A stretch of DNA of 63,720 nucleotides from Candidatus Poseidoniales archaeon (GCA_003602515.1 QQSB01000002.1:6296-70015); one strand, 5' to 3'. Shown: positions 54,133 to 63,298, numbered from the stretch's first letter. The notes: generated by a model from the sequence alone, not told the origin. Program-made: numbers and translations.

Positions 54133-55376
54133 GAAAGTAGTTGGTCTACTAACCAGTTAGGATCGAACGGTTCCAAGTCATCATAGCCCTGTCCGGTTCC
54201 AGCTAGTATGATCGGTCGACCGGTGGCATGCGATATCGATAGGGCTGCGCCTCCTCTGGCATCCGTATCGAGTTTGCAAAGAGCAGCGCCATCGAAGGTC
54301 AGCCTCCTCTGGAACTCAATTGCTTGAGTGACTGCATCGTTACCAGCGAGTGCGTCTGCGACGAAGATTACCAGATGTGGTTTGGTTACCCTGTGCACCT
54401 TCTGGAGCTCATCCATCAGGTTGGACTTGTTCTGCATCCGGCCTGATGTGTCGATGATCACGACTTCGTCGCCCCTAGCCTTCGCACTCTCGATGGCATC
54501 CCTTGCGACGGCTGCTGAATCTCCTCCCCTCTGACTCTTTATGCACCTGATTCCCAGTCGATCTGCGTGAGCAGCTAGTTGGTCTATTGCTCCTGCTCTG
54601 AATGTGTCCGCAGCGGCTAGCACCACTCCGTATCCTTGGTCATCCAGCCTCTTGGCGATCTTTGCAGATGTGGTTGTTTTTCCGGTTCCGTTGACTCCGA
54701 CCATCATTATGACCACGGGGGCTCCTTCGGACAAGAAGCTCCTGATCGTTCTATCGAAGTCCCAGTATCCGGCTTTGAGCAGGGACAAGAGCGCGCCCCT
54801 CAGACTCCTCTCGACAACCTCGCTGAGTGGGGCCTTCCTGCTCACTCTAGAGCCGATTAGGTGGGCCCTTAGATTCGTGATGAGTTCGGATGCAGCATCA
54901 TGGCCCATGTCCGATGACAGTAGTTCGTCCTCTAGCTCCTCGAGTATCTCATCCAGAACCGGACCCCCGCTAATGACCATCCCGCCTATGTTGGTTTGAA
55001 ATTCGGATAGGTCGATTTCGAAGGAAACGTCGGATTCTGCTAGTCTTCTTCCTGTGGTTGAGTCCATTGGATTAGTTTTCGGCCGCTTCAGGGGTTCCTG
55101 GGACGATTTTGTGGCTTGCTCCCGTGCGGCCCTCTTCCTCTCCTTGGAGTTGGTGGGAGTAGCGAATGGGTCAGTGATGTCGTCTTCGAAATCGTCCCAT
55201 TCGCTATCATTTTCGATTTTCCCCTCGGGAGCTTTGTCCTCTTCACTCATGCTTCTGAGCGCGGCCTCTCGCTCGGCTATCGCTTTCTCTGCCAATTCGG
55301 AGCCCTCTTCGGTCATGAAGCTAGTATCTTCATCGGCCTGCTTGACCTTCTTTCGGAAGCGATCGAAGAGCCCCAT
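54129..55376 (-). CDS. ftsY: signal recognition particle receptor
   Basis: GVNGTGKTTTSAKIA, DTFRAGA, DTSGR and KLD. Confidence 0.9.
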   Translation of the reverse strand: MGLFDRFRKKVKQADEDTSFMTEEGSELAEKAIAEREAALRSMSEEDKAPEGKIENDSEWDDFEDDITDPFATPTNSKERKRAAREQATKSSQEPLKRPKTNPMDSTTGRRLAESDVSFEIDLSEFQTNIGGMVISGGPVLDEILEELEDELLSSDMGHDAASELITNLRAHLIGSRVSRKAPLSEVVERSLRGALLSLLKAGYWDFDRTIRSFLSEGAPVVIMMVGVNGTGKTTTSAKIAKRLDDQGYGVVLAAADTFRAGAIDQLAAHADRLGIRCIKSQRGGDSAAVARDAIESAKARGDEVVIIDTSGRMQNKSNLMDELQKVHRVTKPHLVIFVADALAGNDAVTQAIEFQRRLTFDGAALCKLDTDARGGAALSISHATGRPIILAGTGQGYDDLEPFDPNWLVDQLLS

Positions 55377-55385
55377 GGAAAGTCC

Positions 55386-55907
55386 TCAGTCATCTAGGGT
55401 TAGTTCGGTTCCCCTCTTTCTTCTCGGCCTTCGTATTGGTTGGCTCACCTGGGCTTCTTCGACCTCATTCTGGCCTTCCATCGTTGGTTCCTGGATTCCA
55501 TTTGCTATCTCATTGAACCTATTCGCTAGAGCTACCACTTGATTCTCGAGCTCGTCATGCTCGTTGGAAACCGAGTCTATGATTCCATTCAACTCGACAT
55601 TCCTGTTTCTGAGGATCTCGAGAGCCTCCGGTCTGGTCTTCTCTGCCTGTACTCTACTTCCTATGTCCACCACTGCACCTGCATCAGCGGGTATGTCTGC
55701 CACAATTTGGACCCCGGCGCCTAAGGGTACCATGGCTCCCTTTGCACCATCGTCTGAGATTGATTGCAGTGCCTCCATAGCGTGCTCCTGTTCGATTTTG
55801 ATTCCCTCTAGATTACGGATCTGCTGGTCTAGAGCTTGGAGGCGCTCTCTATTCACCTCAACCAGTTGGGCCAATCGCTGAAGCTCTGCCCTGTCAGGCT
55901 CAGTCAT
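55386..55907 (-). CDS. pfdA: prefoldin alpha subunit
   Basis: Coiled coil / beta-hairpin / coiled coil layout (VPLGAGVQIVADI..VVDIGSRV). Position directly upstream of ftsY. ATG at 55907. Confidence 0.7.
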   Translation of the reverse strand: MTEPDRAELQRLAQLVEVNRERLQALDQQIRNLEGIKIEQEHAMEALQSISDDGAKGAMVPLGAGVQIVADIPADAGAVVDIGSRVQAEKTRPEALEILRNRNVELNGIIDSVSNEHDELENQVVALANRFNEIANGIQEPTMEGQNEVEEAQVSQPIRRPRRKRGTELTLDD

Positions 55908-55952
55908 GCACCACGGGACGCAGGGGGTGCAATGAAGGCGTCGCTGGTGCAA

Positions 55953-56252
55953 TTATCTCTGATTCTCGTCAGCTGGTAGTAGCATGACCGTCCCAATTAG
56001 GCCGGATAGTACGAATGCCGCCAATGATGCCATGAACAATATCGCCTTCCAAGATCGTGTCTCGTCCAATTCGCTACAGAGTCCCCCATCGGGGGTACTC
56101 ATATTACCGTTCAATGCACGATACTGGAGGTCGCACTCCCTCTCATACTCCCTCACCGCGTCGTCGTGATTTTGCATCGATTCCAAGGAAAATGAAAGGA
56201 GGGCGATTGAGCAAGCTATGAGTATAAATCCCTTGGTGGAATCTGAGAGCAA
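55953..56252 (-). CDS. small two-TM hypothetical protein
   Basis: 99 aa with TM helices at both ends. 1 nt from the upstream gene's stop. Confidence 0.4.
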   Translation of the reverse strand: MLSDSTKGFILIACSIALLSFSLESMQNHDDAVREYERECDLQYRALNGNMSTPDGGLCSELDETRSWKAILFMASLAAFVLSGLIGTVMLLPADENQR

Positions 56253-56253
56253 G

Positions 56254-57138
56254 TCACTCTCCGTCCCAGATTCCTTCGGCTATCATGAACTCCATTACTC
56301 GCTCAGAGACGTTTGCTCGGTTGCCTCCTCGAACCCCTGTGGCGGAAACAGCGAAAACCTCGGCAGGGATGTCTTGGGCTTCCCTCACCTCGTAGCCGAC
56401 CTTGCGACCATAGGATACGGCCTCTATATCTGGCATTATCCAAGCCTCGACATCCTCGTCGGAATACCTGTGCTCGACCATACGCTTGCGGAGATGGGCT
56501 GGGTATGGGTCGGAGTCGGTGACAGGGGTGTCTCGGATCCCGACAATTACTCTCTTGCCCTTGTCTAGCTCTTGCTGGATTAGCCATTCATGCCCCACAT
56601 GAAGTGGTTGCCAGCGACCGGGTAGCAAAACCGCCTTCGGCTTCTCAAATAAGTGCGAGAGCTCCTCGACCATGTCATCCACCTTGTGACCCGGTGCGCC
56701 GCTTGAATCAAGAGTCATGTGTGCGCACTGTGGCTCATCGAATGGGTCAGAAATTCCCGTGAAGTTGGAGATCTCACCCAACCTTGCTTTGGCATATAGG
56801 CCCTTGACATCACGGTCCTCGCATACTTCTAGAGAAGTTGAAACATGCACCATGATCGAATTATGGGGCAGGATTTCGAGAATTCTTTCACGTACGTCCT
56901 CGTAGGGTGTGATGAATGAGCAGATCACGGGGGTATGCTTGGACATCAGTCTAGCCATCTTCGCGATGCCAAGAAGGTGCCTCTCCCTACCCTGTCTTGA
57001 GAAGTCGTTGTTTGAGAAGAAGTCTCTGATCGTGTCGCCATCGAGTAGTTCCGCTCCATACCTCTTTGCCGCTGCCTCTGCTATCGTAGTCTTACCGGCC
57101 CCAGAGAGTCCAATTAGCCAAACCACCTTGTTCCCCAT
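56254..57138 (-). CDS. cysC: adenylylsulfate (APS) kinase fused to a C-terminal HxGH nucleotidyltransferase domain
   Basis: Kinase half: GLSGAGKTT, LDGDTIR, FITPYEDVRE and CEDRDVKGLYAKARLGEISNFTGISDPFDEP. C-terminal half: RWQPLHVGH and VSATGVRGG. An alternative upstream start at 57198 would overlap cysQ. Confidence 0.8.
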   Translation of the reverse strand: MGNKVVWLIGLSGAGKTTIAEAAAKRYGAELLDGDTIRDFFSNNDFSRQGRERHLLGIAKMARLMSKHTPVICSFITPYEDVRERILEILPHNSIMVHVSTSLEVCEDRDVKGLYAKARLGEISNFTGISDPFDEPQCAHMTLDSSGAPGHKVDDMVEELSHLFEKPKAVLLPGRWQPLHVGHEWLIQQELDKGKRVIVGIRDTPVTDSDPYPAHLRKRMVEHRYSDEDVEAWIMPDIEAVSYGRKVGYEVREAQDIPAEVFAVSATGVRGGNRANVSERVMEFMIAEGIWDGE

Positions 57139-57176
57139 TTCCACACCTGAACGACCCGCCGACCCAAGTCGGTCAT

Positions 57177-57977
57177 TTAATCCTGATTCTGAGCCCAAAT
57201 CTCATTCCAATCGGTGCTACACGCAGCCAAGAAGTATGGATTGAGGACATCGCTCACTATGTCATAGTCCAATGGTCGGCAGTCCGGCCCCATTACGAAA
57301 CCGCCGGCTGACTCTACGACCGCGTGGGCTGCTGCTATGTCCCAGCAGGAAGTGGGTCCGAACCTCGGGTAGAGGTCGGCTGTTCCATCTGCGACCACAC
57401 AAGCCTTCAGCGATGAGCCCATTCTGACTAAGTCGTGTCTCCCGATTTGTTCAGCGAACCTTTCGTCTCTTTCCGCTCTATGGCTGCCGCTTGCTACGAG
57501 TCTGATGGGCGTGGTGATTTGTCTGTTCACAGAGATAGTTTTCGAAATTGAGTCCACTATGCGAGATGCCGGTGTTAATTCGCCACCGAGCCACGTTGTC
57601 TTGGAAACCGGGGCATGGACGACTCCGAAAGCGGGTTTCCAGCGGTCCCCGTATCTCTTCATGAGTGCGATGTTTACCGTAAACATCCCGTTACGTTTGA
57701 TGAACTCCTTAGTCCCGTCGAGTGGATCCACCAGCCAGGATGCATCTGAATCCATCGGATCACCGATCCTTCCTTCCTCGGAAACGATTGGAGTGTTGGG
57801 ATCTATCGATGCCAGTCCCCTGACTATGGTATCGTGAGCGGCGATATCAGCCTCCGTGAGTGGTGAGTCGTCACTCTTTGTCTGAACCTCGATGCCCTCG
57901 GAGGATTCGTAGACATCCATTATCGCCTGCCCTGCATCTTCCGCAATACGAGCTATTTCGAGAGGGTCGAATGACAT
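57177..57977 (-). CDS. cysQ: 3'(2'),5'-bisphosphate nucleotidase
   Basis: VSEEG, WLVDPLDGTKEF, MGSSLKACVVADG and WDIAAAHAVVESAGG. Confidence 0.8.
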   Translation of the reverse strand: MSFDPLEIARIAEDAGQAIMDVYESSEGIEVQTKSDDSPLTEADIAAHDTIVRGLASIDPNTPIVSEEGRIGDPMDSDASWLVDPLDGTKEFIKRNGMFTVNIALMKRYGDRWKPAFGVVHAPVSKTTWLGGELTPASRIVDSISKTISVNRQITTPIRLVASGSHRAERDERFAEQIGRHDLVRMGSSLKACVVADGTADLYPRFGPTSCWDIAAAHAVVESAGGFVMGPDCRPLDYDIVSDVLNPYFLAACSTDWNEIWAQNQD

Positions 57978-57988
57978 TGGAGAGGCCC

Positions 57989-58564
57989 CTAGAATTCCTC
58001 AAGATTGTCTGCTGCTTGCTCTAGGTTCGTTCTGGTTTCGTCGTCCAGGTAGAATAGGAATGGGTCCTCATCCCCCATGATATCCTTCCATGAGGACATG
58101 GCCCTAGCCCATATCTCCTCTTTGGAGTTCCAGACCAACATCCTATCTATGAATTTACAATACCTCTGAATCTCCTCGTCATCGGATGCTATGCGTCTCA
58201 GAATCTCGTTGGTCTGAGCTATCACCAGCCCCCATGTCGGATTCAATTTGTATGTAGAGAATGGGTTCCTCTCCTGGTTTACTGTGATGTGGTCCCTCCA
58301 CAAGCCGAAAGTTACGTCGTAAAAGAATCCGACTAGGAGGACGATGGTTAGGACACTGGTTGCGATGCCGAATAATCCGATATATGTCATAGGGATGTAG
58401 AGGAGTGTCTCGTTCGATTCGAATCTCCACGATACGTAAGGCCATACTAGGAGGGTGATTGTGGCTGTCCAGAAGCCCAGTCCGATTATAGCCTGGCTCT
58501 GCTGAATTCGCCAATATTGCCTCATCAGCCACTTCTTCATGTGGGTGACCTCCGGACGTGTCAC
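57989..58564 (-). CDS. hypothetical membrane protein
   Basis: 191 aa with three TM helices and an acidic soluble C-terminal half. No recognisable family. Confidence 0.5.
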   Translation of the reverse strand: MTRPEVTHMKKWLMRQYWRIQQSQAIIGLGFWTATITLLVWPYVSWRFESNETLLYIPMTYIGLFGIATSVLTIVLLVGFFYDVTFGLWRDHITVNQERNPFSTYKLNPTWGLVIAQTNEILRRIASDDEEIQRYCKFIDRMLVWNSKEEIWARAMSSWKDIMGDEDPFLFYLDDETRTNLEQAADNLEEF

Positions 58565-58609
58565 CTTTCAGAATTGCCCATTATAGTGGCGGGTTTACGC
58601 GGTCTATCG

Positions 58610-58873
58610 TCACTCTTCCTCTGCTTTGAGGGCCGAGGACGGTGCTCCGCTGGTACCGAAGTGGGCTTGAACGGCTGGTGCCGACGAACTCCCCGGTTCG
58701 ATTTCTGCAATTCCGTCGACTAGGATGAAACGTCTTGTGACCCTGTGCCTGCTACCGAAAGTTGAGAGGAGGCGTTCCATGGCATCTTCTTCATCAGTGG
58801 CCACAAGATCGACTGAGAATGGTTGGTCCTTCTTGCCTGCTCTGTATGACCCGTGCGCCCTGAATGCCTTCAT
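58610..58873 (-). CDS. rpl18a: ribosomal protein LX (L18Ae/L20A family)
   Basis: MKAFRAHGSYRAGKKDQPFSVDLVATDEEDAMERLLSTFGSRHRVTRRFI matches the archaeal LX pattern. ATG at 58873. Confidence 0.7.
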   Translation of the reverse strand: MKAFRAHGSYRAGKKDQPFSVDLVATDEEDAMERLLSTFGSRHRVTRRFILVDGIAEIEPGSSSAPAVQAHFGTSGAPSSALKAEEE

Positions 58874-58966
58874 GGCGCGGCCGAGATAGGGCCCTGATTT
58901 AACCGAAGCGGGTATCCAGTTCCTCAAGGTTCAAGAGAGCGCCTGTTTGGTTCATTCCGAGTTCGT

Positions 58967-59392
58967 ATGACAGTGAACACCCCAACCGAGGACGAAGGTG
59001 GGGGTCTGCGAGGTCGTTTGGCGGACATTCCTCGGGAGAGGCTGGTGGATGAAGTAGTATCCAGATGGGATGACATGATTCGACTCGAGGGTGAGGTCGC
59101 CAACCTCAGACGTAGGGTTAGGGAGGCGGAATTAGTCTCACAAAGCGGAGGTATCGATGGAACATTGATTGGGGAGCTTGAGGAGAGATTGCGTGTTGCA
59201 GGATCGAAGGTTAGGCAACTGGAGGGAGTCGTGCAGAACGAAAAAGCCCGCAGGGAGAGTGCAGAAGCTGATTCTAGTAGGCTGGCCGAGCTGCAAGAGG
59301 AGAATGCAAGACTCCTGAGAAACGAAGAGGAACTCCTACTTCTGGTGCTAGATATGGAAGCCCAGATTGACAGGCTGGCTTCGGACTCATGA
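58967..59392 (+). CDS. coiled-coil hypothetical protein
   Basis: 141 aa with heptad-rich charged sequence and strong RNY codon bias on the + strand. It competes with a Ser-rich antisense ORF. Confidence 0.4.
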   Translation: MTVNTPTEDEGGGLRGRLADIPRERLVDEVVSRWDDMIRLEGEVANLRRRVREAELVSQSGGIDGTLIGELEERLRVAGSKVRQLEGVVQNEKARRESAEADSSRLAELQEENARLLRNEEELLLLVLDMEAQIDRLASDS

Positions 59393-59409
59393 AATGTGGA
59401 CAAAGGTGT

Positions 59410-59889
59410 TCACTCTTCGGAGTCTTCTTCATTGCGACCGGCGAGGGAGCCGACCGCTCCGAAGAGGTCCGAAATCATGGCCTTAGCGACGGACATTCCC
59501 CCCGATATCACGGGCAGTATGGGATTGGAGTCGTCCGGGAGGCTTGCTTTCTCCCTGATGTCTGGTATGAACGGCTCGATCTCCCTATTGTCAAACCAAA
59601 GAGAGCCGCACTTCAGGCACCCGTCCACTTCTATTGATCCTCCCTGGGTGGTTGTGACTGGACCCTTCACCATCTCTCCATGGCAAGTGGGACATCGGTA
59701 GCCGGCGGCCTGGCCATCAAATACTGATTTCCGAACGTTCCTGAGGTTTGTCTGTCTCATGTTTGTATTCAACCATCGATCGCTTGCTAGGATGCCCCTG
59801 CATGAACCGCAGTAGTGCATGCGCCCCTCCACGACGTCACCCTGTGCCCCCATCTCGGAGTTACAGCAGGGACAGATGGCCTCAGACAC
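59410..59889 (-). CDS. tandem zinc-ribbon protein
   Basis: CPCC..(x)..CGSC and CPTC..(x)..CLKCGSLWFD (TFIIB-type zinc-ribbon pattern), with an acidic tail. Confidence 0.6.
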   Translation of the reverse strand: MSEAICPCCNSEMGAQGDVVEGRMHYCGSCRGILASDRWLNTNMRQTNLRNVRKSVFDGQAAGYRCPTCHGEMVKGPVTTTQGGSIEVDGCLKCGSLWFDNREIEPFIPDIREKASLPDDSNPILPVISGGMSVAKAMISDLFGAVGSLAGRNEEDSEE

Positions 59890-59937
59890 GATAGTCCACC
59901 AAGGGGGTATGGTATGAGTATGCCTGCGTTAAGTTCG

Positions 59938-60735
59938 TCATAGGATGCCGCTAATCAGGTCGGAAAGCACCGCCTGAAGCTCGCTGGCATCATCGTACTC
60001 TTCGGTAATGTTGCCTGTGATGATCCAATCTGCACCAGCCTCGGAGGCTGCTCTTGCAGAATGAGGGTCCCGAATGCCTCCTCCAACGATGATTGGGAGG
60101 TCGCACGATCGCCTGGCCGCCTTGATCAATTCTGGGTTCACTGGGCTCCCGGCACCGCTCCCTGCCTCGAGGTAGACTAGGGCGAAACCTAGAAATTCTG
60201 CTGTCATGGCATAGGCCTCGACTCGCTCCGTTTGATGAGAAGCGATGAGATCGGCCTTCCCGACCTTCCCGGCCTTCCCTCCAGGTTCGCAAATCAAGTA
60301 CCCCATCGGTACGGGTTCTATTCCTGCTTTCTTGACGAATGGGGCGCCCTTGACCTGCTCTCCAATTAGGAATCGCTGGTCCGTCGAATTCATCAGCATC
60401 ATGAACGTTATTCCGTCTGCGGCAGGTGACAGCGCAGCGGCGCCTTGGGGGAATAGGACTACGGGGACCCCCTCCGTATCCTCTTCTACTTCGGAGTCTT
60501 GGCTCGCTGCCCATGTCACTAGTTCCTGCGCCTCCTTGATTGCGACGATAGTGGCATGCACATTGTCCATATCCGTGTCTGAGGATCCACCCACAAGGAT
60601 CATCCTAGATCCTGCATTTACTGCGGCCAAGGCACGATTAGCGGCTACTTCAGGTGTTTGATCGGCGGGGTCTATTACTATCGCGTGTCTGGTGCCGGAG
60701 GACCTGTCGCACATGTATTCCCTGATCACGCCCAT
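59938..60735 (-). CDS. geranylgeranylglyceryl phosphate synthase (PcrB/GGGPS family)
   Basis: VLFPQG, YLEAGSGAGSPV and IIVGGGIRD. Confidence 0.85.
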   Translation of the reverse strand: MGVIREYMCDRSSGTRHAIVIDPADQTPEVAANRALAAVNAGSRMILVGGSSDTDMDNVHATIVAIKEAQELVTWAASQDSEVEEDTEGVPVVLFPQGAAALSPAADGITFMMLMNSTDQRFLIGEQVKGAPFVKKAGIEPVPMGYLICEPGGKAGKVGKADLIASHQTERVEAYAMTAEFLGFALVYLEAGSGAGSPVNPELIKAARRSCDLPIIVGGGIRDPHSARAASEAGADWIITGNITEEYDDASELQAVLSDLISGIL

Positions 60736-60743
60736 GTTCTCAC

Positions 60744-61394
60744 CTACTGTTCAACGGGGTGTATTATTGTATCAACAATAGTCTGAGCTAGTTGTATTCC
60801 TAACTGAACCTCTTCAGAGATGTAAGCAGACGGGTGGTCTCCATTCCATGTCATCTCCTGCAGTGAGACGCCGGTATACTCTGGTTTCTCAAGATCCCAG
60901 ATCTCTGATGTTCCATCAGGTCGTTCCCCAAAAACGGCGGTCTGAGAGGAGTCCCCCGTTCTACAGACCAAGCCATACCATCGTGGCTTTTCCTGTCTGT
61001 CATACCTAAGATCCAATATGTGGTCTGCTTTGATCGAACCCTTCCCCATTGGTCCTGCACCCACGAACTTAGCTTCTCTTTCGGATACCGTTGTTACCCT
61101 CGTCCTGAGTTGGAAGATGCCCCCTCTTTTCGAAAGTTGGATTCCCATGGCTTTGAGAAACCACGAACCTCGGACAGCTGTGGATGTTGGGGTCGGGGTC
61201 TGTGAGGACATTTCCGAAATCCAATGTGGCGGGCACGGAGGCCAAGAGGGGATTAGCCCTGGCACCTCTCCGATTAGGCCAATCTCGGCTCTTTCTGTGA
61301 TTATGGAGAGCTTCGTTTCTGGAGTCACATCGAGAATGTGGTGCCCAATGCATAGCGTTCTTAGAGAGTCACCAAGAATGACAATACTGGTCAT
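60744..61394 (-). CDS. hypothetical protein with degenerate Rossmann-like N-terminus
   Basis: MTSIVILGDSLRTLCIGHHI sits where GxGxxG would be, and KFVGAGPMGKGSIKADHILDL lies in the middle. Its ATG overlaps the ferredoxin TGA (ATGA at 61391-61394). Confidence 0.5.
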   Translation of the reverse strand: MTSIVILGDSLRTLCIGHHILDVTPETKLSIITERAEIGLIGEVPGLIPSWPPCPPHWISEMSSQTPTPTSTAVRGSWFLKAMGIQLSKRGGIFQLRTRVTTVSEREAKFVGAGPMGKGSIKADHILDLRYDRQEKPRWYGLVCRTGDSSQTAVFGERPDGTSEIWDLEKPEYTGVSLQEMTWNGDHPSAYISEEVQLGIQLAQTIVDTIIHPVEQ

Positions 61395-61699
61395 GCAAGT
61401 ACACCAATCGAAGCAGTCCCTTTCACGTTTACAAGAGATAGGGCGTGCACTGGGCAAGCGGGGATACAATGCTCACAGTGTGTGCACTCAGGCTCATCCA
61501 CGATGGCGAGAAGTCCTTCGAGAACTAGTGCATCTACTGGGCACAAAGCAACGCATGCCGCACAGCCAAAGCACCTATCTTCATCTACCTCGAAGATCAT
61601 CTCACTATACCTGGGCATGATGTTGGGAAGGTACCGCCCCATCTCAAAGTTACCCCCCAACCCCTTTGTTTCCTCTCTAGAGAACTTATTTCGGTTCAA
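61391..61699 (-). CDS. 2x[4Fe-4S] ferredoxin
   Basis: CFGCAACVALCP and CTHCEHCIPACP. The true start may be one of the internal ATGs. Confidence 0.8.
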   Translation of the reverse strand: MNRNKFSREETKGLGGNFEMGRYLPNIMPRYSEMIFEVDEDRCFGCAACVALCPVDALVLEGLLAIVDEPECTHCEHCIPACPVHALSLVNVKGTASIGVLA

Positions 61700-61834
61700 A
61701 ATCAGACTCTACTACTATCAATTTATTAGTTTCAACAGCCATCTGAAGGTCTTCAGTTTGCATACTATAATTGTTACATAGATCTAGAATTGACATCGAT
61801 TCTGAATTCTTCCCATTCCACAGGAAACTAAGGG

Positions 61835-63187
61835 GTGGGGGTGGGTGTGATTCATATCCGTCCCCCCGGAACATCGGGCATGGTACTGTACACCGCGGGC
61901 TCTTCGACATCTTATCCAAGCCATTCTCCGGATGGAATCAGACTACACTTTCTAGGTGGAGCACGAGAAGTAGGCAATGTAGGTTGCATAATTGAAGATA
62001 GATCAGGCACCAGGGTTCTCATCGACTATGGCCTAGCTCCAACAAAACCACCCAAGTACCCCTCAGAGGCCCCCCCAGTGAAGCATGCGATAATGACACA
62101 TGCGCATATAGATCACATAGGCATGGCACCGTGGCTCACTAACCACGGTACAACGCTCCATGGTACCGACCTCACCGCCGCTGTTTCAGAAATAATGTGG
62201 GCTGACACGTACAAGGTCTCCGACATCGAGGGGTACCCCCTTGCTTGGGATAAGCGCGACCTGGAGGCAGCTCTGGACTCGTGGGTCCCACACCAATTCA
62301 ATATCTGGTTCGATGTTGGTGATTGGAGATGCAGGTTGCATCCAGCAGGCCACATTCCCGGAGCCGCTATGATTGAGATCCAGACACCTGAGGCCACAAT
62401 CCTTTGGTCTGGGGACATCGATACTCGGAACAGCCCAAACGCACCAAAGGCTATACCGGTGGACTGTGACATACTGTGCCTCGAGGGGACATATGGGGGC
62501 AGGACACACCCTGACAGAGCAGAGGAGGAGGAACGTTTCGTCTCCCGAGTCCTAGAAGTCGTCTCTCGTGGGGGCGTGGCGCTAGTACCGGCCTTCGCTT
62601 CTGGAAGGGGGCAGGACATACTCCGAATTCTCCACAGAGAGGCGCCCGGTCTCGATGTCCACTATGACGGCATGGGCACCAGAGTCACCAGAGAATGGCT
62701 AGGATGCCCTGAGTTCATCCAGGACTCACGTGCTATGGAGGCAGCCTACCGATGGTCAAGGAGGGTCACAGGGAAGTCGGACAGGAAGAAGGCACTGGGC
62801 GCCGACGTGATCGTCACGACAAGCGGTATGTTGGATGGGGGACCGGCTCTATGGTACTTGAACAGACTGAGGCATGACGGTTCCAACGCCATCCTGCTCA
62901 CGGGCTACCAAGCCGAGGGCTCGGGAGGAAGGAGGCTGTTGGAGCTAGGCGCACTCCCCATTTTCGGAAAGCAGACCCGCATTCCACTAGAGATCGACAA
63001 GTTCGACCTATCCAACCACGCGGACCATCCCTCACTTTGCAAATTTGCTAGCGACTGCGACCCCTCACACGTGGTAATATTCCATGCTGACGAGTCAGCA
63101 GCCGAGGCACTCGCAGAGGATATTGGAGTGGAAACGAAGGTCCATATCCCTTCCAATGACGAAACCTTGGAGATTCCCCTAACATGA
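61835..63187 (+). CDS. beta-CASP / metallo-beta-lactamase RNase (aCPSF2-like, no KH domains)
   Basis: HAHIDHIG, GHIPGAAM, the beta-CASP region and the C-terminal SNHAD. Start is GTG at 61835 or ATG at 61880. Confidence 0.8.
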   Translation: MGVGVIHIRPPGTSGMVLYTAGSSTSYPSHSPDGIRLHFLGGAREVGNVGCIIEDRSGTRVLIDYGLAPTKPPKYPSEAPPVKHAIMTHAHIDHIGMAPWLTNHGTTLHGTDLTAAVSEIMWADTYKVSDIEGYPLAWDKRDLEAALDSWVPHQFNIWFDVGDWRCRLHPAGHIPGAAMIEIQTPEATILWSGDIDTRNSPNAPKAIPVDCDILCLEGTYGGRTHPDRAEEEERFVSRVLEVVSRGGVALVPAFASGRGQDILRILHREAPGLDVHYDGMGTRVTREWLGCPEFIQDSRAMEAAYRWSRRVTGKSDRKKALGADVIVTTSGMLDGGPALWYLNRLRHDGSNAILLTGYQAEGSGGRRLLELGALPIFGKQTRIPLEIDKFDLSNHADHPSLCKFASDCDPSHVVIFHADESAAEALAEDIGVETKVHIPSNDETLEIPLT

Positions 63188-63254
63188 TCACGTCTTGAGG
63201 AATGCTGCATTTCTCACGCATTATACATAAGCCGCGGTGTCTCTGGCGCCATCA

Positions 63255-63272
63255 GGTGAGTTGAAACTCACC
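63255..63272 (+). other. 7-bp hairpin upstream of the permease gene
   Basis: GGTGAGT-TGAA-ACTCACC lies 27 nt before the ATG at 63299. A TATA-like TTATACATAA lies at 63221-63230. Confidence 0.4.
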
Positions 63273-63298
63273 ACTACAAAAGAAATAATGGTGAAAAA

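Noticed and set aside
58924-59403. 159-aa Ser-rich minus-strand ORF overlapping the plus-strand coiled-coil ORF
   Set aside because: It has extreme serine and low-complexity composition. The plus-strand frame shows RNY codon bias and a normal coiled-coil composition, so I kept the plus-strand gene, at low confidence.
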